Source: Conexibacter sp. (lineage in GTDB: Bacteria; Actinomycetota; Thermoleophilia; Solirubrobacterales; Solirubrobacteraceae). Taken from it: 64,000 nucleotides of DNA. The stretch covers positions 3,327 to 67,326 of the forward strand of contig JAOPZA010000174.1 in NCBI GenBank assembly GCA_025964325.1, given 5' to 3'. The translations under genes and the position numbers were made by a program. The notes under the pieces are model-generated. The model had not been told where the DNA came from. It did not search any database and worked only from the letters and a program-made list of their open reading frames with translations. Within the stretch, counting starts at the first letter, position 1. Each line of letters begins with the position of its first letter. Shown here piece after piece: positions 36,214 through 45,357 of the stretch.

Positions 36214-37608
36214 TCAGCCCTCCGTGCGCGGCACGCGCAGATCGAAGCGTGCGCTGCCACCCGCGGTGAAGCGGAGGGACAGCGTCAGGGTGTGCGCCGC
36301 GCGCGAGCGGGGTACGCGAAGTCGCCAGCTCGTCTTGCGACCGGTGGCGCTGCGCCATCTGCCGTCCCCGAGCTTCCAGCGGACGCCGCGCGCCGACGCT
36401 CCCGTTGCGAGCGTAAGGAAGCGCCCCGCACGCAACGCGATCCGCGGCACTGCGCTCGTCGGGGCGGGCATCGTGGCAGTCGCCCCGCTCGGGGCGTCCA
36501 TGATCGTGCCGGATCGCGCCGTGCTCGTCGTCCGCCGACCGTCGCTCGACACGCCGACGCGCGCGGCTGCCGTGACCCGCCGGCACGTCCCGTCCAGCGA
36601 GATCCGGCGCACGCGCCAGGTCGACCCGCCCCCGCTGAAGGTCTCGCTCACGACGATCCCGCCGGTCAGGTGACCCACGGACGTGTTCGGGCTCACAAGC
36701 CAACGCAGCTTCACGCTGCACGCCGGCTTGTAGACGTACAGGGGCAGGTCGCCCGGAGCGGCCCCGGCCCAACTGACAAAGCCGGCCGCGAGTTCCGCCG
36801 CTCTCTCCTGCGGCACGCCGTGTGGCGCCGCCGCCAGCACGATCGCCCTCGTGCTCCCGCAGCGCTGGAGCGTCAGACTCGTCTCCGGGCCGTCCTGGAG
36901 GGCATAGGGAGCCTCGTACTGCAGCGGATCGAACGACGGCTCGCCGGAGCCTTCGTCGGCGTACTCATACGGCTTGCGGACGATCGGTGCGCAGAGCGTC
37001 GTGACGAGTCCGGGCGCGTTGAGGTCGGTGACCTCGTTCGCCACCTGCGGCTCGCCCACAACCGCGCCCGTCCGCGGGTCCAACGCCCCGCTCCCACCGC
37101 CGTGGTAGGCATAGCCGTCCCAGCCGATTCCCGCGCTGCCGATGCCGCCGAAGTGGACTGACCCGAACGTCGCCGAGTCCCAGTCATCGATCATCGCGGC
37201 GGTGCCGACCGGCTCGTGCACCGCGCGCGTTGCGACGTCGAGGAGCCGGGGCTCGAAGCGGGTGGACGGGCCGGAGGACGAGGTGTGCGGCCGTGAGCAT
37301 TCGAACAGCACCTGGCCGCCACCGACCCCCGTGACCACCGCGGGCGGCGACGTGCACGACGAGCTGACGTCCGTATCGGTCGCTCTGCCGGTCGCGGCGT
37401 CGATCGTGCGGATCACACCGACCCCTGGCACCAGCGCGATCGTGCCGGCGCCGTCCGTCACCGCCCGGTCGACGGCGGCCGACGCGATCACCTTCCCGAC
37501 GAGCGGGGGCGTCGCCGCGCTCGCGAGCGCGGGCATCGCTCCCGGCGCCACCCAGCCCGCGACCGCCCCCGCGAGCACCACCCTCGAGATACGTCCGTGT
37601 CGTCTCAT
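36214..37608 (-). CDS. Secreted hypothetical protein, 464 aa
   Basis: Signal peptide; GVGGGQVLFEC, LCAPIVR, LTLQRCG and WKLGDGRW blocks shared with the downstream paralogue. Confidence 0.8.
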   Translation of the reverse strand: MRRHGRISRVVLAGAVAGWVAPGAMPALASAATPPLVGKVIASAAVDRAVTDGAGTIALVPGVGVIRTIDAATGRATDTDVSSSCTSPPAVVTGVGGGQVLFECSRPHTSSSGPSTRFEPRLLDVATRAVHEPVGTAAMIDDWDSATFGSVHFGGIGSAGIGWDGYAYHGGGSGALDPRTGAVVGEPQVANEVTDLNAPGLVTTLCAPIVRKPYEYADEGSGEPSFDPLQYEAPYALQDGPETSLTLQRCGSTRAIVLAAAPHGVPQERAAELAAGFVSWAGAAPGDLPLYVYKPACSVKLRWLVSPNTSVGHLTGGIVVSETFSGGGSTWRVRRISLDGTCRRVTAAARVGVSSDGRRTTSTARSGTIMDAPSGATATMPAPTSAVPRIALRAGRFLTLATGASARGVRWKLGDGRWRSATGRKTSWRLRVPRSRAAHTLTLSLRFTAGGSARFDLRVPRTEG

Positions 37609-37679
37609 GACCGGCTACAACGGCCACGCGCCACGACAAGTTGCGCAGAATCTCCTGAGCGGTCGGTCCGGCGAGAGCC

Positions 37680-38273
37680 TCAGCGCCGCCGCAGCGCGTC
37701 GAGCTGCGCGGGCGTGTCGATGTCGAGCACGCTGTCGGCGCCGCACTCGACGTCGAGCGCGCCGGCCTGCTCCAGCAGCCCGCGGGCGCCGGCGTCGCCA
37801 CGCAGGCCGGCGACCGCGTCGAACAGCGGCTCCGTCAGCAGCACGGGATGGCCGGGCACGCCGCCGAACGTCGCGCGCGCCGCGGGCGCCGGGCCGTCGG
37901 CGAGCGCCGCGAAGCGCGCGATCGTCTCGCTGCCAAGGCGCGGCTGGTCGCCGAGCGTCACGACGATCGCATCGGCATGCGGCGCGAGCGCGGCGACGCC
38001 GGCGCGCAGCGACGCCGCCTGACCCTCGTCCCAGTCCGCGACGCGCAGCGGGATCGCGCCGTGCAGGTCGACGGTCGCGAGGATCTCGTCGGCGTGGGCG
38101 CCGAGCGCGACGATGACGCGGTCGAACGCCGGCACCACCGCGATCGCCGCGAGCGCGTGCTCGAGCAGCGGCCGCCCGTCCAGCTCGGCGAGCTGCTTGG
38201 GGGCGCCGAAGCGGCGCGCCGCGCCGGCCGCGAGCACGAGGCCCGCGACGCGCGGAGACCGATCGCCAGTCAC
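37680..38273 (-). CDS. Nucleotidyltransferase (MocA-like Moco cytidylyltransferase)
   Basis: LVLAAGAARRFGAPKQL, WDEGQAASLRAG, LGDQP, GHPVL, GDAGAR, DIDT. Confidence 0.88.
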   Translation of the reverse strand: MTGDRSPRVAGLVLAAGAARRFGAPKQLAELDGRPLLEHALAAIAVVPAFDRVIVALGAHADEILATVDLHGAIPLRVADWDEGQAASLRAGVAALAPHADAIVVTLGDQPRLGSETIARFAALADGPAPAARATFGGVPGHPVLLTEPLFDAVAGLRGDAGARGLLEQAGALDVECGADSVLDIDTPAQLDALRRR

Positions 38274-38327
38274 GCCACGATGGTAGACCGCCGCACGCCC
38301 CGGCCCGCCCCGGATAGGGTCCCCCGC

Positions 38328-39365
38328 ATGTCGCTCGGCTGCTTCGTCTCGACCGGCCGCTCGCTCGAGCAGGCGATCGAGCGCGTCCAACAGGCCGAGG
38401 CGCTCGGCTACGAGTCGGCCTACGTGACGCACATCGCCGGCCGCGAGTCGCTCACCGTCCTGACCGCCTACGCGATGCGCACGAGCCGCATCCGGCTCGG
38501 TACCGGCGTCGTCCCGATCTACACCCGCACGCCGGCGACGATGGCGCAGACCGCGGTCACGCTCGACGAGCTGACCACCCTCACGATGGCTGAGGGCGAG
38601 GACGGCGACGGCACCGCGTCGGTCGGTGCCCACGGCCGGCTGACGCTCGGGCTCGGCGTCTCGCACCGCCCCGTCGTCGAGGGCTGGCACGGGCAGACGA
38701 TCGACAAGCCGGTCGCCGAGATGCGCGAGTACGTCGGGACCGTGCGCGCGATCGTCCGCGGCGAGGACCCGCCGACCCAGGGCTCCGCCGACGCGAAGTG
38801 GCCGACCGGCTTCCGGCTTGCCGGCCTCGACCCGCGCCCCGAGCTGAAGATCTACGTCGCCGCCCTCTCCCCCGCGATGCTGCGGCTCGCCGGCGAGATC
38901 GCCGACGGCGTGCTGCTGTGGCTCTGCACGCCGCCCTACATCCGCGACGTCGTGATGCCCGAGCTGCGCGCGGGGCGCGAGAAGGCCGGCAGATCGCTCG
39001 ACGGCTTCGACATCGTCCCCGCCGTCCCCGCCGCGCATGTCGCCGACCCGTCCGACGCCCACGCTTCCATGCGGCGCGAGCTGCTGACCTACTTCGGCCT
39101 CCCGTTCTACCGCGCGATGCTCGAGCGCTCCGGCTTCGAGGACGAGATCGCCGGCTACGACGCGGCCGCGGCGCGTGGCGACGGCGACGCGATGAAGGCC
39201 GCGATCTCGACCCGCTTCCTCGACGAGCTGGCCGCCGTCGGCGAGGTCGACGCGGTCCGCGCGGGCGTCGCGCGCTACCGCGGGGCCGGCGCGACCTCGC
39301 CGTGCGTCGGCCCGATCTCGCGCACCGACTTCGCCGCCACGCTCGAAGCCGCCGCCGGCGCCTGA
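38328..39365 (+). CDS. LLM-class flavin/F420-dependent oxidoreductase with an internal ~18-aa insert
   Basis: LGTGVVPIYTRTP, GRLTLGLGVSH, AALSPAMLRLAGEIADG; TAGGGT 7 nt upstream. Confidence 0.9.
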   Translation: MSLGCFVSTGRSLEQAIERVQQAEALGYESAYVTHIAGRESLTVLTAYAMRTSRIRLGTGVVPIYTRTPATMAQTAVTLDELTTLTMAEGEDGDGTASVGAHGRLTLGLGVSHRPVVEGWHGQTIDKPVAEMREYVGTVRAIVRGEDPPTQGSADAKWPTGFRLAGLDPRPELKIYVAALSPAMLRLAGEIADGVLLWLCTPPYIRDVVMPELRAGREKAGRSLDGFDIVPAVPAAHVADPSDAHASMRRELLTYFGLPFYRAMLERSGFEDEIAGYDAAAARGDGDAMKAAISTRFLDELAAVGEVDAVRAGVARYRGAGATSPCVGPISRTDFAATLEAAAGA

Positions 39366-39443
39366 ACGCGCCGCAGCGCCTCCCAACGTCAGGTCATCGG
39401 ACCCGGTGGTTGCGCGGCGCCCGCTGCGGCTACCCTTCCGACC

Positions 39444-40436
39444 ATGCGCGAACCTCTCCTCGACGGGCACGGCCGGGCGATCGGGGACGTACGCGTCTCC
39501 GTGACCGACCGTTGCAACTTCCGCTGCCAGTACTGCATGCCGGCCGAGGGGCTGCCGTGGCTCGACCGCGCCGAGGTGCTGACGTTCGAGGAGATCGAGC
39601 GGATCGTCGCGTTGCTCGCGACGATGGGCGTCGGCGACGTGCGCCTGACGGGCGGCGAGCCGCTCGTGCGGCGCGACTTCCCGCGCCTGGCCGCGATGCT
39701 GGCGCAGATCGACGGCGTGGAGGATCTCTCGGTCACGACCAATGGCTTCCTGCTCGAGCGCGACGCGGCCGCCCTCGTCGCGGCCGGCGTCAACCGCTTC
39801 AACGTCTCGATCGACTCGCTCCAGCGCGATCGCTTCTTCGAGATGACGCGCCGCGACGCGCTTCCGCGCGTCCTCGCCGGCCTCGAGACGCTCGCGCAGT
39901 TCCCGGAGGCGCATCCGATCAAGGTCAACGCCGTCGCGCTGCGCGGCTTCACCGAGCAGGAGGCGATCCCGTTCGCCGAGTTCGCCCGCCAGCATCCGTA
40001 CGAGGTCCGCTTCATCGAGTTCATGCCGCTCGACGCCGACCACGCGTGGTCGCGCGACCAGGTCCTCAGCGGCGAGGAGATCCGCGCCGCGATCCACGCC
40101 GTCCACCCGCTCGAGCCGGAGCCGCGCGAGCCGAGCGCGACCGCGCGGGTCTACCGCTTCGCCGACGGCAACGGCCGGATCGGCTTCATCAACCCCGTCT
40201 CCGAACCGTTCTGCGGCGACTGCAACCGCATCCGCATCACGGCCGACGGCCACCTCCGGACCTGCCTCTTCAGCCACAATGAGACGGACCTCAGAGGCCC
40301 GCTGCGGGGCGGCGCGAGCGACGACGAGCTGGCAAGCGTGATCCGCGACGCCGTCTGGCGCAAGGAGCTCAAGCACCACGTCAACGACCCCGGCTTCATC
40401 CAGCCGACGCGGTCGATGAGCGCGATCGGCGGCTGA
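39444..40436 (+). CDS. moaA: GTP 3',8-cyclase
   Basis: RVSVTDRCNFRCQYC, FCGDCNRIRITADG..RTCLF, MSAIGG C-terminus. Confidence 0.97.
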   Translation: MREPLLDGHGRAIGDVRVSVTDRCNFRCQYCMPAEGLPWLDRAEVLTFEEIERIVALLATMGVGDVRLTGGEPLVRRDFPRLAAMLAQIDGVEDLSVTTNGFLLERDAAALVAAGVNRFNVSIDSLQRDRFFEMTRRDALPRVLAGLETLAQFPEAHPIKVNAVALRGFTEQEAIPFAEFARQHPYEVRFIEFMPLDADHAWSRDQVLSGEEIRAAIHAVHPLEPEPREPSATARVYRFADGNGRIGFINPVSEPFCGDCNRIRITADGHLRTCLFSHNETDLRGPLRGGASDDELASVIRDAVWRKELKHHVNDPGFIQPTRSMSAIGG

Positions 40437-40443
40437 GCGCCGC

Positions 40444-41220
40444 TCAGCGACGCGCCTGGCCGCCCGCGAGCCCGCACTCGTAGGCGAAGATCACGGCCTG
40501 CACGCGGTCGCGCAGCTCGAGCTTCGTCAGCACGCGCCCGACGTGCGTCTTGACGGTCGCCTCGGTGACGACGAGCCGTGCGGCGATCTCGGCGTTCGAG
40601 CGCCCCGCCGCGACCTCCAGCAGCACCTCGTGCTCGCGCTCGGTGAGCCGCGCGACGCGCTCGTCGGCGACGGGCTCGGCGGCCGCGCCGGCGGCGCCGT
40701 CCTCCGGCAGCCGGTCCGCGTAGGCGTCGAGCAGACGCCGCGTCACGCTCGGCGCGACGACCGCGTCGCCGCTCGCGACCGCGCGGATCGCCGACAGCAG
40801 GTCGCTCGGCGGGACGTCCTTCAGCAGGAAGCCGCTCGCGCCCGCGCGCAGTCCGCTGAAGGCGTAGGCGTCGAGGTCGAACGTCGTCAGGATCAGGACG
40901 CGCGGGCCGTCGGCCGTCTGGGCGATCTGGCGCGTCGCCTCGATCCCGTCGGTGCCGGGCATCCGCACGTCCATCAGCACGACGTCGGGCGCGAGCTCGA
41001 CGGTCAGCCGCATCGCCTCGGCCCCGTCGCCGGCCTCGCCGACGACGGTCATGTCGTCGTGCGCGTCGATCACCATGCGGAAGCCGAGCCGCAGCAGCGG
41101 CTGGTCGTCGACGAGCAGCACGCGGATGCTCGCGGAACCGCTCGGCCTGGGGCCTCGGGTTCCGTTCGAGAACTCGCCAGAGGCTCGTTCCCGAGGTGGT
41201 GGCGGGTCGTTTGCGCTCAT
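40444..41220 (-). CDS. NarL-family response regulator with a repeat-derived N-terminal extension
   Basis: VLLVDDQ, VLMDVRMP, FLLKD, TVKTHVGRVLTKL; ATG overlaps the kinase stop (ATGA). Confidence 0.92.
   Translation of the reverse strand: MSANDPPPPRERASGEFSNGTRGPRPSGSASIRVLLVDDQPLLRLGFRMVIDAHDDMTVVGEAGDGAEAMRLTVELAPDVVLMDVRMPGTDGIEATRQIAQTADGPRVLILTTFDLDAYAFSGLRAGASGFLLKDVPPSDLLSAIRAVASGDAVVAPSVTRRLLDAYADRLPEDGAAGAAAEPVADERVARLTEREHEVLLEVAAGRSNAEIAARLVVTEATVKTHVGRVLTKLELRDRVQAVIFAYECGLAGGQARR
41131..41196. mobile_element. About 66-bp palindromic element in frame in the response regulator N-terminus
   Basis: Aligns with the reverse complement of 53768-53846 (CGCGG...CTCGGCC.GGGGCCTCGGG.TTCCG...GAACTCGCC...GGCTCGTTC...CCGAGG). 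Confidence 0.7.
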
Positions 41221-42374
41221 GCCGCCGCCTGGTCCAGCGAAATCTCGAGCCGCGTGCGCACGCGCCAGCCACCCCCGGGCCGTGGCCCCGCCTCGACCGC
41301 GCCGGCGTAGACGGCGGCGCGCTCACGCATCCCGTCGAGCCCCTGGCCGCCGGCGTTCGCGCTCGCCCCGCCGGCGCCCGTGTCGGAGACCTCGAGCTCG
41401 ACGCCCGCGTCGTCGTAGCGCAGCGCGATCGCGGCGGTGGCACCGGGTCCGGCGTGCTTGAGCGTGTTCGTCAGCGCCTCCTGGATCAGGCGGAAGACGG
41501 TCAGCTGCGCGGCCGGCGGGAGCCTGCCCGCAGCCCCCTCGACCACCAGCGTGACCGGCAGCCCGGCGGCGCGCACCTGGTCGAGCAGCTCCGGCACGTC
41601 GTCGGTCCCCGGCTGCGGCGCACGCTGCGCGTCGGCGCCCTCGCGCAGCACGCCGAGCAGCCGACGCATGTCCGCCAGCGCCTGCCGGCCGGTCGCCGCC
41701 GACAGCTCCATCGCGCGCGTCGCCTGCGCGGGGTCGCTGCGCGCGGCGAACGCGGCGCCGTCGGCGAGCGCGGTCATGACGGAGAGGTTGTGGGCGACGA
41801 TGTCGTGCATCTCGCGCGCGATCCGGGCGCGCTCGGCGGCGGCGGCGATCTGGCCCTGCTGGTCGCGCTCGTGCTCGAGCCGCGCGGCGCGCTCCTCGAG
41901 CGTGCGCAGGTAGGCGCGGCGGATCTGCACGCTGCGGCCGAGCGCCACGGCCGCGATCACCATGCCGGTGAGGAAGACGGCGCCGGCGAGCGGATCCGCG
42001 CCGCCCCAACGTTCGACGGCGATCGCGACGCCCAGCTCGAGCGCGGCGGCGGCCGCCAGCGCCCGCCGGCGCGACTCGGTCGCCGCGACGGTGTAGAGCG
42101 CGACCAGCAGCGCGAGGTCGGCCCACATCGGCCGTCCCGTCAGCCACTGGGCGAACGCCACGAGCGCGATCACGGCGAAGACGGCGGTGGGGCTGCGACG
42201 CCGCGCCAGCAGCGGCAGCGTCAGCAGCGGCGCCCACAGCCACTCGACCGGGCGCCGCGATCCGCGGGCGGTGACGTCCGCGGTCGCGATCGCGAGCAGC
42301 CCGAGTGCGAGCAGCAGATCGACCGCCACGGGATGGCGGTCGATCAACGTCCGGACGTGACCTTCGTTGCGCAT
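41217..42374 (-). CDS. Membrane sensor histidine kinase (HisKA_3)
   Basis: TM helices, RIAREMHDIVAH, QEALTNTLKHAG, GQGLDGMRER. Confidence 0.93.
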   Translation of the reverse strand: MRNEGHVRTLIDRHPVAVDLLLALGLLAIATADVTARGSRRPVEWLWAPLLTLPLLARRRSPTAVFAVIALVAFAQWLTGRPMWADLALLVALYTVAATESRRRALAAAAALELGVAIAVERWGGADPLAGAVFLTGMVIAAVALGRSVQIRRAYLRTLEERAARLEHERDQQGQIAAAAERARIAREMHDIVAHNLSVMTALADGAAFAARSDPAQATRAMELSAATGRQALADMRRLLGVLREGADAQRAPQPGTDDVPELLDQVRAAGLPVTLVVEGAAGRLPPAAQLTVFRLIQEALTNTLKHAGPGATAAIALRYDDAGVELEVSDTGAGGASANAGGQGLDGMRERAAVYAGAVEAGPRPGGGWRVRTRLEISLDQAAA

Positions 42375-42390
42375 GCCCTTCAGGTCGATA

Positions 42391-43227
42391 TCACACGTCG
42401 CGTCGCCGGAACATAAATGCCGCCGCCGCGACGGTCACCGCGGTGTAGCCGCAGAAGAGCGCGAAGCCCGCCCACGGCGCCAGCGTGTGCGCCTCCGGCA
42501 CCGCCTGGGTGATCGCCGTCCCGGCGCTCGAGGGCAGGTACGGGCGGATCGACTGCCCGATGCTGCTGGGCAGGATCGAGACGATCCCGGGCAGCACGAA
42601 CAGCAGCCCGACGAACGCCGAGATGCCGCCGGCGCTGTTGCGCACGAGCGAGCCGATCGCGACGCAGAGGACGCCGAGCACGGTCAGGAACAGCGCGGTG
42701 CCGACCACCGCGCGGAGCGCGTGCGGCGCCCCGAGGCCGACGTTCACGTGATGCGAGGTCAGGATCGCCTGCGAGCCGAGGAACGCGACGAGCGAGGAGA
42801 CGAGCATCAGCACGAACGTGACGGTCGCGAAGACCCCGATCTTGGCCCACAGCACGGGCAGCCGTCGCGGCACCGCCATCACGCTCGAGCGGATCATCCC
42901 GGTCGAGTACTCGCCGCTGATGATCAGCACCCCCAGCACGCCGATCGCCAGCTGCGCGAGGTTGACGCCGCCGAGGCTCGTGTCGATCGGCTTGAAGTCG
43001 AGGCGGTCCTGCAGCGTCAGGTGCGACCAGCGGCTCATCTGGACGGCGGCGATCAGGACGCCGAGCCCCGCCATCGCGACGACGGCGGCGAGCAGCGACC
43101 AGCGCGTCGAGCGCAGCGACCAGAGCTTCGTCCACTCGGCGTGCAGGACGCGGGCCTGCGTGACGCGACCGCGCGGGATCGCACGGACCCGGTCGGCGGC
43201 GGAGGGATCTGCGGCGGTGGCGCTCAT
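42391..43227 (-). CDS. ABC-2 exporter permease
   Basis: AEWTKLWSLRST, GEYSTGMIRSS..AVPRR, six TM segments. Confidence 0.92.
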   Translation of the reverse strand: MSATAADPSAADRVRAIPRGRVTQARVLHAEWTKLWSLRSTRWSLLAAVVAMAGLGVLIAAVQMSRWSHLTLQDRLDFKPIDTSLGGVNLAQLAIGVLGVLIISGEYSTGMIRSSVMAVPRRLPVLWAKIGVFATVTFVLMLVSSLVAFLGSQAILTSHHVNVGLGAPHALRAVVGTALFLTVLGVLCVAIGSLVRNSAGGISAFVGLLFVLPGIVSILPSSIGQSIRPYLPSSAGTAITQAVPEAHTLAPWAGFALFCGYTAVTVAAAAFMFRRRDV

Positions 43228-44180
43228 GCGACGGCTCCCAGCTCGGCAACGGACGCGTCGGCCGGGTCGGCCGTCGCGCTGGCGTGATATTCGACAGCGT
43301 CATGCGTGAGGTGCATGAAGGCGTCCTCGAGCGAGACCTGCAGCGGCGTCAGCTCGTGCAGCACGATGCCGCCGGCGCTCGCCGCCTCACCGATCCGCTC
43401 GGCGCTCAGCCCGCGCACCTCGAGCACGCCGCGCTCCTCGCTCGCGATCGCGACGCCCTCGTCGGCGAGCGCCTCGGCCAGCGCGGTCGCCTGCGGCGAG
43501 CGCACCCGCACGGGCGCGTCGGCGGAGGCGCGGCCGACGAACTCGGCGACCGTCGTGTCCGCGATCAGCCGGCCGCGGCCGACGACGACGAGGTGCTCGG
43601 CCGTCTGCGCCATCTCGCTCATCAGGTGCGAGGAGAGGAACACGGTGCGGCCCTCGCTCGCGAGCCGCTTCAGCAGCGTGCGGATCCAGCGGATCCCCTC
43701 CGGGTCGAGGCCGTTGACGGGCTCGTCGAGGATCACCGTCTCGGGGTCGCCGAGCAGCGCGGCGGCGATCCCGAGACGCTGGCCCATGCCGAGCGAGAAG
43801 CCGCCGACGCGCTTGCGGGCGACCTCGCCGAGGCCGACGAGCTCGATCACCTCGTCGACGCGGGTGCGCGGCAGCCCGTGCGTCTGCGCAAGCGCGAGCA
43901 GATGGTGGTAGCCGGAGCGGCCGGTGTGGATCGCGCGCGCCTCGAGCATCGCGCCGACCTCGTTCAACGGCGCGTCGAACTCGCGGTAGGCCTTGCCGTT
44001 GATCGTGGCCGATCCCGACGTCGGCGCGTCGAGGCCGAGGATCAGCCGCATCGTGGTGGACTTGCCCGCCCCGTTGGGTCCGAGGAAGCCGGTCACGATG
44101 CCCGCTGGGACGGCGAAGCTGAGGTCGTCGACGGCGACCTTCTCGCCATAGCGTTTGGTCACGTTGCGGACTTGGATCAT
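43224..44180 (-). CDS. ABC exporter ATP-binding protein
   Basis: GPNGAGKSTT, FSLGMGQRL, LDEPVNGLDP, SSHLMSE. Confidence 0.95.
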   Translation of the reverse strand: MIQVRNVTKRYGEKVAVDDLSFAVPAGIVTGFLGPNGAGKSTTMRLILGLDAPTSGSATINGKAYREFDAPLNEVGAMLEARAIHTGRSGYHHLLALAQTHGLPRTRVDEVIELVGLGEVARKRVGGFSLGMGQRLGIAAALLGDPETVILDEPVNGLDPEGIRWIRTLLKRLASEGRTVFLSSHLMSEMAQTAEHLVVVGRGRLIADTTVAEFVGRASADAPVRVRSPQATALAEALADEGVAIASEERGVLEVRGLSAERIGEAASAGGIVLHELTPLQVSLEDAFMHLTHDAVEYHASATADPADASVAELGAVA

Positions 44181-44247
44181 GCCCTCAACGTACGACGAGC
44201 GGGCCTGCGCCACAACGGTCGCAAGGACGATCTTCGGGCCCCGTTCC

Positions 44248-44289
44248 CGTACGCCGCGAGGCGGACGCGCGTCCGCCTCAGGTCGTACG
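44248..44289. promoter_or_regulatory. 42-bp imperfect palindrome (22-bp perfect core) upstream of the ABC/TCS operon
   Basis: CGTACG...GAGGCGGACGCGCGTCCGCCTC...CGTACG. Confidence 0.5.
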
Positions 44290-44292
44290 CGG

Positions 44293-45318
44293 CTATCTGA
44301 GCGCCGCCTCGACCGCCTGCTTGAACTCCTCGATCCCGAAGGCGCCCTGCAGCCGTGCGGCGATCCTCCCCTGCCGGTCGATCGTGAAGAGCCACGGCTC
44401 GGTCGTCAGGTGGAAGGCCTGCAGCTGCGGCCGCAGCCCCTTGTTCGGATCGTTCTCGACGTACACCTCGTTGTGGATGAAGTCGACGCGGTCGCCGTAG
44501 GCGGCCTGCAGCTGGGCGGCGATGTCGGTCACCGGGCCGCAGACGCGCGACTGGCACAGCGCGGGCGTCGCGAACAGCAGCGCGACCGGCTTTCTGCCGA
44601 GCACGTCCTTCAGGCTGACCTCGTGCATCTGGTCGGGCGGGTCGCGCGTGTCGATCTTCGAGACCTGGCGCCCGACGGAGGCGAGCGTCGGCGTGTCGAT
44701 CCGCGGCGCCCGATCGCCGACGGCGGGGATCGGGCTGGTCTGCGTGACCTTGAGCTGGGCGGTGCCGCCGAGCAGCTTCGAGCCGACCTTGGTGACGGTC
44801 AGCACGTACCACGGCCCGACGCGCGGAAGCCGCACGTCGGTGTGGTAGATCGCCTGCACGTCGCCGGTGTCGGCGGCGCTGGTGCGGCTGCGGAAGGCGG
44901 GCCGCACCTGGAGCGAGTCGGCCGGCGCCAGGAACGGGCCCTGCGCCGGCTTCGTCGGGGAGCTCGCGACGAAGACCGCGGTCTTGCCGTAGACGAAGGC
45001 GCCCGCGGCGTCGATCACGCCGAACGCGAGCCGATTCGTCCCGGGCGTGTAGACCGACGTCGCGAGCCCGACCTGCGGGCCTGCCTGCAGCTTGTCGGCG
45101 ATCTGCTGCAGCGTGCGCCCGTCCGCGCGCGGGAAGTCGCCGGCGGCGGGGCTCTGCGCGGACGCGATCTGCGGCGAGGCGGGCGCCGGCTTCGCGTTCG
45201 GAGAGGAGGCGCCGCCGCCGGAGCCACCGGACCCGCCGCACCCGGCGAGCAGCGCGGCCAGCAGCAGCGCGGCACAGGCGGCGGCTCGTGGGACGCGTGA
45301 GCGGAGAGGGAGCATCAT
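44293..45318 (-). CDS. Lipoprotein with a C-terminal thioredoxin-like domain
   Basis: LLAGC lipobox; LLFATPALCQSRVCGP, FIHNEVY, EPWLFTID. Confidence 0.75.
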   Translation of the reverse strand: MMLPLRSRVPRAAACAALLLAALLAGCGGSGGSGGGASSPNAKPAPASPQIASAQSPAAGDFPRADGRTLQQIADKLQAGPQVGLATSVYTPGTNRLAFGVIDAAGAFVYGKTAVFVASSPTKPAQGPFLAPADSLQVRPAFRSRTSAADTGDVQAIYHTDVRLPRVGPWYVLTVTKVGSKLLGGTAQLKVTQTSPIPAVGDRAPRIDTPTLASVGRQVSKIDTRDPPDQMHEVSLKDVLGRKPVALLFATPALCQSRVCGPVTDIAAQLQAAYGDRVDFIHNEVYVENDPNKGLRPQLQAFHLTTEPWLFTIDRQGRIAARLQGAFGIEEFKQAVEAALR

Positions 45319-45357
45319 GATCAGAGGAGACGCCGCGGAGCGCTCGATCTTCCCACG

